A DNA stretch of 64,000 bases, from contig JBDHWW010000003.1 in the NCBI GenBank assembly GCA_039810425.1, positions 64,001 through 128,000 on the forward strand, read 5' to 3'. The notes beneath the pieces are model-generated. The model did no database searches and was not told the origin of the DNA. It was given only the letters and a program-made list of their open reading frames with translations. Both the position numbers and the translations under genes were made by a program. Position 1 is the first letter of the stretch. Each line of letters opens with the position of its first letter. Of the stretch, positions 1-8,728 are shown one piece after another. The stretch is from Pseudobdellovibrionaceae bacterium (GTDB lineage: Bacteria; Bdellovibrionota; Bdellovibrionia; Bdellovibrionales; Bdellovibrionaceae).

Positions 1-3
1 TTT

Positions 4-690
4 TCACTGGAAAGACCTCATGCCCTTCAACTTCTTCGAAACAACATCTTTAACCCCGCGGATCGAAAACTCTTCCTCATCTTCCGCATCCATGGTCGCG
101 TCCGGGGCCGTCTTCGCCGCCGGCGTGTACTTCGTTGCAGGTACGTTCGCGAAAGTGTCCGCGAAGTTACCGCTGTGAATTTCCTCTGGAACCTCGTCAT
201 CCAACAAAGCCAAGGACTTGATCATATTGATGTTCTGGTCTGTCACGCCGATCAGGATGCTTTCACCTGCAACGCGAATGATTGCCAATGACTTCTTTGG
301 ACCCAAATAGTGCTGAGTCAGCACCTTAATTTCGTTATTCTTACCGGCCGCAAAACTCGTCTTAGAGTATTTGCGCATGTAAATATAGGCGCCTGTGCCA
401 AGAACACCCATCATTGAAACAATCAGAATCAATCTGAAAATAGGGGAACCATCCTCTGAAGCTTTCTTGGGGGAACTCAGGTTCAAAGGAATTTCTGATT
501 CTTTTTTGCTTTCAACAACCGCATCTTTATTCTCGGCCGTCGTACCCACTGCCACCGGCGCGGTCTCCGTTTTCGCAGCTTCAGCCACCGCCACGGTTTC
601 AGCCACGTTTGCGGGTTCTTTTGCCGAAACCGTCAAACTAACCATTAATAAAGATGCAACTAGTAACAAGCGCATGAATACCTCGTTCAT
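4..690 (-). CDS. fliO: Flagellar biosynthesis protein FliO/FliZ
   Basis: One TM helix followed by IKVLTQHYLGPKKSLAIIRVAGESILIGVTDQNI (FliO signature); directly downstream of fliN. Confidence 0.85.
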   Translation of the reverse strand: MNEVFMRLLLVASLLMVSLTVSAKEPANVAETVAVAEAAKTETAPVAVGTTAENKDAVVESKKESEIPLNLSSPKKASEDGSPIFRLILIVSMMGVLGTGAYIYMRKYSKTSFAAGKNNEIKVLTQHYLGPKKSLAIIRVAGESILIGVTDQNINMIKSLALLDDEVPEEIHSGNFADTFANVPATKYTPAAKTAPDATMDAEDEEEFSIRGVKDVVSKKLKGMRSFQ

Positions 691-1094
691 TATTTCAACT
701 GCTCAATACGTTCGGTCGGGCTGATGATATCTGTCAGACGCACGCCGAATTTTTCATTGACTACAACTGCTTCGCCGCGGGCGATGAGCTTTTCGTTCAC
801 ATAGACTTCCATCGGCTCACCGGCCAGTTTAGCAAGTTCGATCACACTTCCTTGAGTGAGATTCAACAACTCGCTCACAGGCATTTTCGTGCGGCCCAAT
901 TCCACTGTCACGCGAAGTGGAATATCCAAAATTAATTGCAAGTTTTTATCTTTCGGTCCACCGGCGCCGCCACCGCTCATACCGCCGGCACCACCACCTC
1001 CGCCCGTATCGCCCCCGCCTTTACCCGCGAGCGCATCGTTCATTGCGGCGGCTTCTTCCGCGAGCTGATCGGCTAGATTCTCTAAATCGTTCAT
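690..1094 (-). CDS. fliN: Flagellar motor switch protein FliN
   Basis: SpoA domain LILDIPLRVTVELGRTKM...GEAVVVNEKFGVRLTDI. Confidence 0.97.
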   Translation of the reverse strand: MNDLENLADQLAEEAAAMNDALAGKGGGDTGGGGGAGGMSGGGAGGPKDKNLQLILDIPLRVTVELGRTKMPVSELLNLTQGSVIELAKLAGEPMEVYVNEKLIARGEAVVVNEKFGVRLTDIISPTERIEQLK

Positions 1095-1106
1095 GATGGC
1101 ATCCCC

Positions 1107-2111
1107 CTATTTCTCAATTGGACGTGTGACTTGTACTGCCACCGTTCCGTGATGAATTCCGTAGTAACCTTTAAACTTTTTAACATTCTCAATTTGAATA
1201 TCGATTTCACCGGTCGCATCCTGGTCCAGAGGAATCACGTCACCGATTTTCATACCCATCAAATCCTGAAGTAAAATCTCTGTTTGGCCGAGGTTTACTT
1301 TCACTTCACAGTTTGTTTCCAACAATTGCTCTTTGATGATCGCCGTCCAAAGTTTTTTATCTGTTTGATCAGACTCAACTTGGAAACCTGATTGGAGTTT
1401 TTGCTTAATAGGTTCGATGGTTGCGTAGGGAACGACTACTGATATAGTTCCTGTCGCATTTTCCAATTCCACGTCGAAAGTAGAAGCAATAACCACATCT
1501 GTCGGGGGAACGATACCGACGAACTGGGGGTTCACCTCAGTACGTACGAAAGAACAGTCAATCTTCTCAACCGAAGCCCAAGCATTTTCCAAATCATTGA
1601 TTGCGAGCTCCACGACCTTTTTAACAATCGAAAGTTCGATCTGTGTAAATTCCTTGCCGTCGATTTTAGTATAGGGGCGGTCCGCGCCGCCGAAGAAGCT
1701 GTCCACCAAAGCGTAGGCAAGTTTACTTTCGATCACCATCAAAGCCGAACCACGAAGAGAACCGAAACGCAGAACCGACATGCATGTCGGCATCGGCAAA
1801 GTATTGATAAACTCGCCGAATTTCAAAAACTCAGTGCTTGTGAGCGTAATGGAGGCAATCTTACGCAGCGTTGATGACAACGAAACGCGGAAGGCGCGCA
1901 TGAATTTCTCGTAGATAACTTCGAGTTGCGGCAAGCGACCGCGGATAATACGGTCTTGGCTCGTTAAATCGTAGTTAACGACGTTCTTGCCGTCTGTCGC
2001 CTTGACCGAACCGGAGCTCTCCGTTTTCGGCGTATCAGCGGTCGTCACCTCACCATCGGAGACGGCGGCTAAGAGCGCATCTACTTCACTTTGTGACAGG
2101 ACCTGATTCAT
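1107..2111 (-). CDS. fliM: Flagellar motor switch protein FliM
   Basis: N-terminal CheY-binding VLSQSEVDALL, central FFGG, EVNPQFVGIVPP, C-terminal SpoA domain. Confidence 0.97.
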   Translation of the reverse strand: MNQVLSQSEVDALLAAVSDGEVTTADTPKTESSGSVKATDGKNVVNYDLTSQDRIIRGRLPQLEVIYEKFMRAFRVSLSSTLRKIASITLTSTEFLKFGEFINTLPMPTCMSVLRFGSLRGSALMVIESKLAYALVDSFFGGADRPYTKIDGKEFTQIELSIVKKVVELAINDLENAWASVEKIDCSFVRTEVNPQFVGIVPPTDVVIASTFDVELENATGTISVVVPYATIEPIKQKLQSGFQVESDQTDKKLWTAIIKEQLLETNCEVKVNLGQTEILLQDLMGMKIGDVIPLDQDATGEIDIQIENVKKFKGYYGIHHGTVAVQVTRPIEK

Positions 2112-2120
2112 GTTCGACCT

Positions 2121-2666
2121 CTAGTTATAGATAAATTCAGTGAAGAACACGTTAGAGATCTTTCCTTTCACCAGGAAAGAATTGATGGTGTCCTTAATTT
2201 CATTTCTGAGATTGTCTTTACCTTCTCGAGTCGAAACTTCCTCGTAGGTCTTGCTAGAGAGAATGATGATAATAATGTCGCGTACTTGAGCTTTGCGCTT
2301 GTCGATCTCTTCCTGAACCGCGGGGCCCCTTACTTCAAGCTCGATGCTTACGCTAGCAAGCTTTCGGCCCTTAGAGCCTGCAAGATTGATGATGAACTTC
2401 TCTAATGGAATGATTTGACCGACGAATTTCTTTTCTTCGGTATTTTCTTTTTCATGATCTTGGGCTTCTTTTTCGCCCTTAATCACTTGCTCGATTTTAG
2501 GTTCTGCCGCTTCTTTTTGTTTGCCTTTATAAAGCATGAAGCCCACGCCGGCGACCACCAACATGTTAATAACTGCCAGGGCAATCAGAATGATATTGTT
2601 TTTCCCGCCACTAGATGGCGCCGCTGCTGGTTCTACTGCCGCTGCCGCCGCTTTTTCCTCTGCCAC
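2121..2666 (-). CDS. fliL: Flagellar basal body protein FliL (start moved to GTG at 2666)
   Basis: TM helix plus FIINLA...VRDIIIIILSSKT...VFFTEFI; AAGGAGG RBS before GTG 2666; the longer ORF-track start runs into the sigma54 promoter. Confidence 0.92.
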   Translation of the reverse strand: MAEEKAAAAAVEPAAAPSSGGKNNIILIALAVINMLVVAGVGFMLYKGKQKEAAEPKIEQVIKGEKEAQDHEKENTEEKKFVGQIIPLEKFIINLAGSKGRKLASVSIELEVRGPAVQEEIDKRKAQVRDIIIIILSSKTYEEVSTREGKDNLRNEIKDTINSFLVKGKISNVFFTEFIYN

Positions 2667-2713
2667 TTCATCCTCCTTGATGAATAGACACACCGATCTC
2701 AGTAAGTTATTAA

Positions 2714-2728
2714 GCAACGTTAGTGCCA
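2714..2728 (-). promoter_or_regulatory. Sigma54 (RpoN) -24/-12 promoter of fliLMNO
   Basis: Minus strand reads TGGCAC-TAACG-TTGC, an exact match to TGGCAC-N5-TTGC, about 50 nt upstream of fliL. Confidence 0.85.
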
Positions 2729-2858
2729 ACGCGACATCGGTCTAGTCGAGTCACGGTTTTGGCATGTCAGATAGAACTAATGAAATCTGGGAAATTTTTG
2801 CCGCTCGATCTGGACCCGGCAAGCTCCAAAATCCCGATAGGCAGAGTCAGCCTTTTGA

Positions 2859-2873
2859 CGGCAAATTTTGCCG
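2859..2873. promoter_or_regulatory. Candidate enhancer-binding-protein site for the fliL promoter
   Basis: Inverted repeat CGGCAAA-T-TTTGCCG about 130 nt upstream of the sigma54 site; partial copy at 2789-2803. Confidence 0.5.
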
Positions 2874-3025
2874 CACCAACCTTAGTCGAGGGCGACCAGG
2901 CAAAGAGGCGGGGGGCCTTAATGCCGTGCGAATCACCTGCTCTAAAACGGAGGGCCAAATATATCAAAGAAAAAAATCAACCAACTGAAAAACTCGCTTG
3001 GTTCGGGATTTAATCTTTCAAATGG

Positions 3026-4123
3026 TTAATTCGCAAAAACATCTGCACAGCGGGCGTTGAATGGGTTTTGTATTAGTCCCTTCATAACCGCTTGCGCAAA
3101 CCGCGTTTCAATAAAGGTCGTTATCTTCGTGTTATTCAAGTATACGACAAGGCCGACGATACCAGACGTTGCCAAAGCTCCCCACGGGGACAGGCCATAC
3201 ACGCTCGGGCTAAAAAGCATGGCCGTTGCCGCAAAATAACCCAGAAGAATGGATCGTGTCTCCTGCACTCGGCGGAAAACCCATTTCGAAGCCGGCTGAA
3301 TGCGTTCGTCAATCGAAGCAATATTCTCGGACCAGGCAAAGGATGCCACGCTCGACACTAGGCTCATCATTATCGGCACAGTCAACAGATGCATGTCCAC
3401 TGTTCCATCAACGAGTCGATCGAAGGAGAGGAAAGGAACCCGCGATAAGTTAATTAAACTTGAGAGCGCAAAGCTCGAAGTAAACAGCATACTGACGTCT
3501 GCAAAAGACTTCGCTTTAAGTTGGTCTGTTTTATAAATAAATTTGCTAAAAAATGAATAGAAGGGTTTCGTCGCATGGGACCAGCTATCTTTGTTAAGGC
3601 CGAATGCAACTGCGGTCATTACGGTGAAAACTATATTAGCGGTTCTTTCGAAACTCGAAAGATGGCTCGCATGAATCCATACATAAGAATCGACAAGAGT
3701 ATTAAAGGTTACAATCACGAGACCCCATTTATCGGCTTTCGCCGAAGTGACAACCTTCGCAGGATAAGCTCTTAGCAGCGCCGAGAAGTTCTTTGCCTTA
3801 GATTCTTTTCCCGCACGCGGAAGCGGCATCAACGCCACGTTTTCTTTTTTCAACTGAGCCGTACCGACCAAAATGTCTTCTAGATCCGAAGACACGATGA
3901 CATTTTTATCAGTCTTCTCAACGTGTTTTTTAATTTGAGCAAGAACCTCGGCCTCAGAGGCCACTTCCGGCAGCTCGACTTGAATATTCGTCGCCGCACT
4001 ACCCGCCCCAACACTGAGCTGTACAGAGATGTCTTCACGAATAGGAATTCTCTGTTGAGCAAACAGAGTCTCGGCAGAAAAGAAAGCCAGCAGAATAAAA
4101 AGCGATGTGCGACGTACAACCAT
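3026..4123 (-). CDS. Hypothetical multi-pass membrane protein with N-terminal signal-like segment
   Basis: 365-aa ORF with hydrophobic N-terminus and several hydrophobic helices in the C-terminal two-thirds; 14 nt downstream of the preceding gene. Confidence 0.7.
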   Translation of the reverse strand: MVVRRTSLFILLAFFSAETLFAQQRIPIREDISVQLSVGAGSAATNIQVELPEVASEAEVLAQIKKHVEKTDKNVIVSSDLEDILVGTAQLKKENVALMPLPRAGKESKAKNFSALLRAYPAKVVTSAKADKWGLVIVTFNTLVDSYVWIHASHLSSFERTANIVFTVMTAVAFGLNKDSWSHATKPFYSFFSKFIYKTDQLKAKSFADVSMLFTSSFALSSLINLSRVPFLSFDRLVDGTVDMHLLTVPIMMSLVSSVASFAWSENIASIDERIQPASKWVFRRVQETRSILLGYFAATAMLFSPSVYGLSPWGALATSGIVGLVVYLNNTKITTFIETRFAQAVMKGLIQNPFNARCADVFAN

Positions 4124-4137
4124 TTTAAGCCACCTAT

Positions 4138-5163
4138 TTATCGAGTAGGACCGTATGGAACTTCAGCCTTGCAACCCATCACATTTTCTTTCAGCCAATC
4201 AACGACATTGGGGTTCGTGTCGTTCGAAGGCACATCGCTCCAAGTGAGCCTTAAGTAGCCGCTATAAATGCGCCCACTCATCAGTTTGAAAATGGCGTCA
4301 AGAGTGATTCGGTCTGTCTTAGCATCAGGAGTTTGCGAATTAAATATTCTCACATTACTCGGTGAAATTCTCCCGGTTGACGTTAGGACCAGGGCTCTTT
4401 GACCAAAGGGTCCTCGATAGTTTCCGATAGCCGCTGTTTCAGAGCTCGGTGGGACAAGAGCATCACTATTGCATCCCGAAATACTTAAGAAATTACCATA
4501 ATCATAAAAGAAGCCTTCTATATTGAGCTTGTCCTTAAGAACACGGCGTACTGCCAATTTGCATTGATCCCGGTCGCCATAGCCGCTAGGAAGTTGAACC
4601 AAAGCGCTCAGACTCGAAAAGTAGGGGCATTGCTCATTTTGGAAATAGTTGGAAATTTCCGAAGGAAATAACGGAGTATCCTTTACGAGGTCGAGGGTTT
4701 TAAAACCTTTTGGCAGCTGAATTTGAATGAGGACTGCATTACCCGGTCCCCCGCCAAAACTATATGTTTCCATTGGATTTTGCGCAGCATAAAAACCCGG
4801 ACCGTACATGTTATTCATCCCATAATTCGGCGTAGATGCAGGACTGCAATCGTCAGGGTTTAAACTTGAATTTTGCGTTGAACAGTAACTTTGAAAAAAG
4901 CGGGATCCTTGATTTCGAACGTAATTATAGCCAGCATAATCGTAAGCGGAAATAGGAGACTTCCAAAGAGCGTTGCGGTTAGTGGCATCGAACCAATGAA
5001 AAACCATGTAAGGCCTTTTCAGTTCATAAACATATTTCGAGAGGTATTGAACAACTTCAGCCTCACTCGCTACACGACCCTGAAATTGGTTTGTGCTATC
5101 AGTTCGCGCAAATGCCACCGAAAAATTCAGCAATAAGCTGGCAAAAAGGATAAGTTTCGTCAT
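4138..5163 (-). CDS. Secreted protein with ADP-ribosyltransferase-fold-like motifs (paralog A)
   Basis: Signal peptide ending in AFA; VFHW...MYGPGFYAAQNPMETYSFG...VLIQIQLPKG...EGFFY...RALVL; paralog of 5197-6294. Confidence 0.6.
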   Translation of the reverse strand: MTKLILFASLLLNFSVAFARTDSTNQFQGRVASEAEVVQYLSKYVYELKRPYMVFHWFDATNRNALWKSPISAYDYAGYNYVRNQGSRFFQSYCSTQNSSLNPDDCSPASTPNYGMNNMYGPGFYAAQNPMETYSFGGGPGNAVLIQIQLPKGFKTLDLVKDTPLFPSEISNYFQNEQCPYFSSLSALVQLPSGYGDRDQCKLAVRRVLKDKLNIEGFFYDYGNFLSISGCNSDALVPPSSETAAIGNYRGPFGQRALVLTSTGRISPSNVRIFNSQTPDAKTDRITLDAIFKLMSGRIYSGYLRLTWSDVPSNDTNPNVVDWLKENVMGCKAEVPYGPTR

Positions 5164-5196
5164 CTTCGTAAATTCCTCTTTCTTCCGTCATCCAAA

Positions 5197-6294
5197 CTAG
5201 GCGCCGCTGAGGTTATTATCGCTAGCGTCTTTTTTCTTGACGTCGTCTTGAGTATTGGAAACATCTGTCGTTGCAGGAATATAAGGAACATCGTCTTGGC
5301 AACCAACTAAATTGTCTTTCATCCACGTTGAAATGTTTCGATCAAGGTCGGCAGCCGTAATGTCTTTCCAAGATTGAAAAAGGCTTCCACTGTAAGCCGA
5401 ACGGAAGGCATTGAAAACACTCAGGATCAAAGCCCGCTCAGCTGTCGCATCCGTGGTTTGTTCGTTATAAACTTTCACGCTGTTCCGTGAAATCTTCGCA
5501 GGATTCGCGAGGATGAAAGCACGACCGTTGAATGGGCCTTGATAGTTTCCAATCGCAGCGGTCTCTACGCTGTTTGCAACCGGCTGCCTATTGCACTCTT
5601 GAAAGTCAATTGCTGAGTAACTATAGAAGAACCCATCCATTTTAAGCTGGTCTTTCAAAATACGACGAGCCGTCATCAAGCAGGAGTCCGAGACAATGTA
5701 ACTGTAATTAGTGTAACCAACTTGAAGCAAACCTGAGATATTTTGAACTGCCACAGAACAGCTAGCCTGAAGGAAGAAGTTTGAAATTTCTCGTGGAAAC
5801 AGTTGGTTATCTTTTGCAACGTCCATCACGCGGTAACCCCGTGGCAATTGAGTTTGCATAAGGACCCAATCGGAGCCGTAACCGCCGTAAGAGAAAGTCG
5901 CGACGGGGTCGATCGAGTTATAGAGAGCCGGGCCGTACATATTAAGTGCGCCATATTTTAAATCAGTCAAATCACCGCAGTCTTTTGGATTGGCGCTTGG
6001 GTTCCTGAATGAACAAAAGGATTGGTAATAGCGGTTGCCAAGGTTTTCAAGATGGTCGTAACCAGAGGGGCTGTTGGAAGCTAATGGACTTGTCCAAACA
6101 GCATTGCGGCCCCTACCATTGAACCAGTGGAAAACCATGTAGGGCTTTTTCAGCTCGTACATATATTTAGCTAAGTACTGAACCACTTCGTTCTCATTAG
6201 CCACTCGTCCTTGAATATTCGCCGAGGTTTGGGCAAGGCCTGTAGATAGGCTCAACACAAGGCCAGCTAAAGTGACAAATTTTGTAATTCTCAT
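5197..6294 (-). CDS. Secreted protein with ADP-ribosyltransferase-fold-like motifs (paralog B; start 6294 or 6306)
   Basis: Signal peptide ending in GLA; VFHW...MYGPALYNSIDPVATFSYG...VLMQTQLPRG...DGFFY...RAFILANP. Confidence 0.6.
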   Translation of the reverse strand: MRITKFVTLAGLVLSLSTGLAQTSANIQGRVANENEVVQYLAKYMYELKKPYMVFHWFNGRGRNAVWTSPLASNSPSGYDHLENLGNRYYQSFCSFRNPSANPKDCGDLTDLKYGALNMYGPALYNSIDPVATFSYGGYGSDWVLMQTQLPRGYRVMDVAKDNQLFPREISNFFLQASCSVAVQNISGLLQVGYTNYSYIVSDSCLMTARRILKDQLKMDGFFYSYSAIDFQECNRQPVANSVETAAIGNYQGPFNGRAFILANPAKISRNSVKVYNEQTTDATAERALILSVFNAFRSAYSGSLFQSWKDITAADLDRNISTWMKDNLVGCQDDVPYIPATTDVSNTQDDVKKKDASDNNLSGA

Positions 6295-6365
6295 GACTAT
6301 ATCCATCCTTTAAAGCCGTTTGTTCGATCTGGGATCTCCCGATTCTGTTTTGTAAAAAAGTAAAA

Positions 6366-6380
6366 GCAACGAAGGTGCCA
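6366..6380 (-). promoter_or_regulatory. Sigma54 promoter of the 6294-3026 operon
   Basis: Minus strand reads TGGCAC-CTTCG-TTGC, an exact consensus match, about 70 nt upstream of the start codon. Confidence 0.8.
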
Positions 6381-6429
6381 GTCCTCAGGCTCGTTAACAA
6401 CTCACTCCCAATTGACGATAAGAAGACTT

Positions 6430-8016
6430 ATGAAAACACAATTTTTAGTCCTTCTAATTCCGTTGTTGCTTACAACGTTGTCCCAGGCATCGGACCTGCC
6501 GGCGGCCCTTGTGCCACTTCAGGAGAAACTCTTTCAGACCTCTTATAAGAGCTTCGCCAAAGACTTTAGAACGGCCCATCCCGAGTATAAAATCCCAGCA
6601 GAGGCTAAGGCCCCCGTTTTCAACCCCAAGCTTTCCCGCAACGAGTGGTTGGATCTCTATATAAATACGCTGTTGGCGCAGATTTCTGTTCCGAAGGATC
6701 ACGTGGAGGCATTTAAGGGTTCCGCAAAAGAGATGTTTACGTCTTACTCTCGCAATGTCGGTTTTGCCCGGGTTCCCTTCTTATCCGTTGAGAGCGAACG
6801 TCTTGCGGCGGCAAAGGGCTCGGGTAAAGCAAAGGCCGTGAGGCCGACGACTCTGCCTGAGAGCTACCTTCCGAATCACACGATGGATATGGTTGGATAT
6901 GTAAATGAACGATTCTCGGCGATTCTACAGGACTTCGTGAAGTCGCAAAAGACCCCTCTCTATTTGCACGATAGCAATTGCGCTGATGCTTACGCATTTC
7001 AGCGGAGCGAAGGTTTTAATCAAGCGGTTCGTTTCATGGGCGCGCGAGATAATTCCAATAGCCAATACTTCTTTGCCGTGAATCCGAAAACGTCGGCGTA
7101 CCGCTTCGCGGTTTGTGATTTGCGTGGCCAAGACGACGTCACTCGGATCGTGGCATTGTTAGGCCCGATCTTTAACAAAGCCGGAGCCACTATGGTTTTG
7201 CATCAAGTAAAAGCTCCGATCTTGGCATTCAATAGCAAGGGTCGTGCCTTGAAAGTCCGCTCTCGTGAAGACCGCGTCGTACTTGGTTTTCAGAATACGA
7301 TTTGGTGGGAGTTCTACACCACAAATAAGGAAGATTGGCAACGTATTCCGCTGACGGACGAGGGAACCGATGTTTCACTCTTTGAAAATAAGCGCACAGG
7401 CGCGAATATCATTAGCGTAGAAAACGTCTATGGCGACGACATTGTTGAAGCTCTCGATATCCTTTACAAAAAGGGCTATCGTCGTTTCATCTATATGGGA
7501 AGTTGCGGGGGCTTGGATCCTGAATTCAAAATCGGTGATGTACTGATTCCAAATCGCTTCCTGGATAAAGACAACAAAATCATTGAGTTCAAAAACTCAG
7601 CCGGCCAGAAATACCTAGCTTTGCCAGGCGCTGGGAATATCATTCGTGACACAATTCAAGGCTGGGTGCCGACTTTGGCGGTGGAAACAAAAGATCACAT
7701 GATGGATATGCAAAAGAAAGCCCAAGCGATCGATATTGAAAGCCTTTATTTTGGAAAATTCTTTAATTCTCATGAAGCACTGGAGCAATCCTTGCTAGTC
7801 ACTGTCTCAGACACTCCCCTCGGTCATATGACTTACGAACAAGAAAATGTGACTCGTGGAATTCCAATGAAGAGCATCAAAAGACTTGTGCCACAGATTT
7901 TCGTAACAAAAGTGGAAAAAGAAGACGGGGGAAAACGAGCCGTCGCTTCGAGAAAAGCCACGACCGAGCCACCTGTTATTTGGCTGGGACCGGATCTCTA
8001 TGAGAAGTCCTGGTAA
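6430..8016 (+). CDS. Exported protein with C-terminal nucleoside phosphorylase/nucleosidase (PNP_UDP_1-like) domain
   Basis: Signal peptide MKTQFLVLLIPLLLTTLSQA; YMGSCGGLDPEFKIGDVLIP...AIDIES...VTVSD follows the NP-I family pattern. Confidence 0.65.
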   Translation: MKTQFLVLLIPLLLTTLSQASDLPAALVPLQEKLFQTSYKSFAKDFRTAHPEYKIPAEAKAPVFNPKLSRNEWLDLYINTLLAQISVPKDHVEAFKGSAKEMFTSYSRNVGFARVPFLSVESERLAAAKGSGKAKAVRPTTLPESYLPNHTMDMVGYVNERFSAILQDFVKSQKTPLYLHDSNCADAYAFQRSEGFNQAVRFMGARDNSNSQYFFAVNPKTSAYRFAVCDLRGQDDVTRIVALLGPIFNKAGATMVLHQVKAPILAFNSKGRALKVRSREDRVVLGFQNTIWWEFYTTNKEDWQRIPLTDEGTDVSLFENKRTGANIISVENVYGDDIVEALDILYKKGYRRFIYMGSCGGLDPEFKIGDVLIPNRFLDKDNKIIEFKNSAGQKYLALPGAGNIIRDTIQGWVPTLAVETKDHMMDMQKKAQAIDIESLYFGKFFNSHEALEQSLLVTVSDTPLGHMTYEQENVTRGIPMKSIKRLVPQIFVTKVEKEDGGKRAVASRKATTEPPVIWLGPDLYEKSW

Positions 8017-8039
8017 ACGGGGCGGCCAGGCCTCTGCTT

Positions 8040-8690
8040 TTAAAAAGTCCCGACGACTTCTTTCAGCCGCTGGAACGTCACCACGTCATTCAAATCAGAT
8101 GAAAAGAAAAACTTTTTGAAACCGGGTGGCACCGGATACTTCCCGGTTTTTAAAACATCCAAGACATACATGCTGCCAAGCTCCTGACAAGCCAGTGATC
8201 CGGCAAGGGCGGGATCAGACAAGCAGTAAGTCGGCATTGAGCCGATACAAATCAGCGCATTGGCCATTTCTCGGTCCGTCTGACAGTAAGCTGGCTGAAC
8301 GCGGGCGCAAGCCAAATCATTGGCGAACTTGCGATCGGTCTGGCAATACGACGGCATGCTACCAGCGCAAGCCAATGAATTCGAGTGCTCTGGTTTTGTC
8401 TGACAGTATACTGGATGGGCGCCAATACATGCGCCGTTGTTCGCAAAAGATTCATTGTTTTGGCAGAAATCCGGTTTAACTCCAGCACAGGAAAGCAAAT
8501 CGGCGGTGCTGTTATCTGAGATGCAATAAGAAGGTCTCGCTCCAATACAAGACAGATTATCGCCGGCAGATTTATCGGTGATACAGAACGAAGGCGGAAT
8601 CGCTCCATGCACAGGGCGTGGGATCAAGACAGTGGCAAGAAATAATATCAGTCCAATTTCTACGAAGAACCACCAAGAATGCCGTTTCAT
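8040..8690 (-). CDS. Exported cysteine-rich tandem repeat protein
   Basis: GGAG RBS before ATG 8690, signal or anchor helix, then seven 20-aa repeats with two Cys each. Confidence 0.75.
   Translation of the reverse strand: MKRHSWWFFVEIGLILFLATVLIPRPVHGAIPPSFCITDKSAGDNLSCIGARPSYCISDNSTADLLSCAGVKPDFCQNNESFANNGACIGAHPVYCQTKPEHSNSLACAGSMPSYCQTDRKFANDLACARVQPAYCQTDREMANALICIGSMPTYCLSDPALAGSLACQELGSMYVLDVLKTGKYPVPPGFKKFFFSSDLNDVVTFQRLKEVVGTF
8175..8594 (-). repeat. Seven degenerate 60-bp (20-aa) coding repeats, consensus P-x-[YF]-C-x11-C-x-G-x-x
   Basis: PSFCITDKSAGDNLSCIGAR / PSYCISDNSTADLLSCAGVK / PDFCQNNESFANNGACIGAH / PVYCQTKPEHSNSLACAGSM / PSYCQTDRKFANDLACARVQ / PAYCQTDREMANALICIGSM / PTYCLSDPALAGSLACQELG. 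Confidence 0.9.
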
Positions 8691-8728
8691 AACTCCGCCC
8701 TTCCCCAATCACAGGCGGGCGGCAATTC

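Noticed and set aside
960..1022. GC-rich repeat-like tract in fliN
   Set aside because: It encodes a Gly-rich flexible linker and is not a DNA repeat element
2723..3013. Short ORFs or a possible c-di-GMP riboswitch upstream of fliL
   Set aside because: No coding signal and no GEMM consensus recognised; better explained as promoter and enhancer DNA
8175..8594. 60-bp periodicity as a possible CRISPR array
   Set aside because: The repeats are degenerate at DNA level, conserved at protein level and in frame; no cas genes are present
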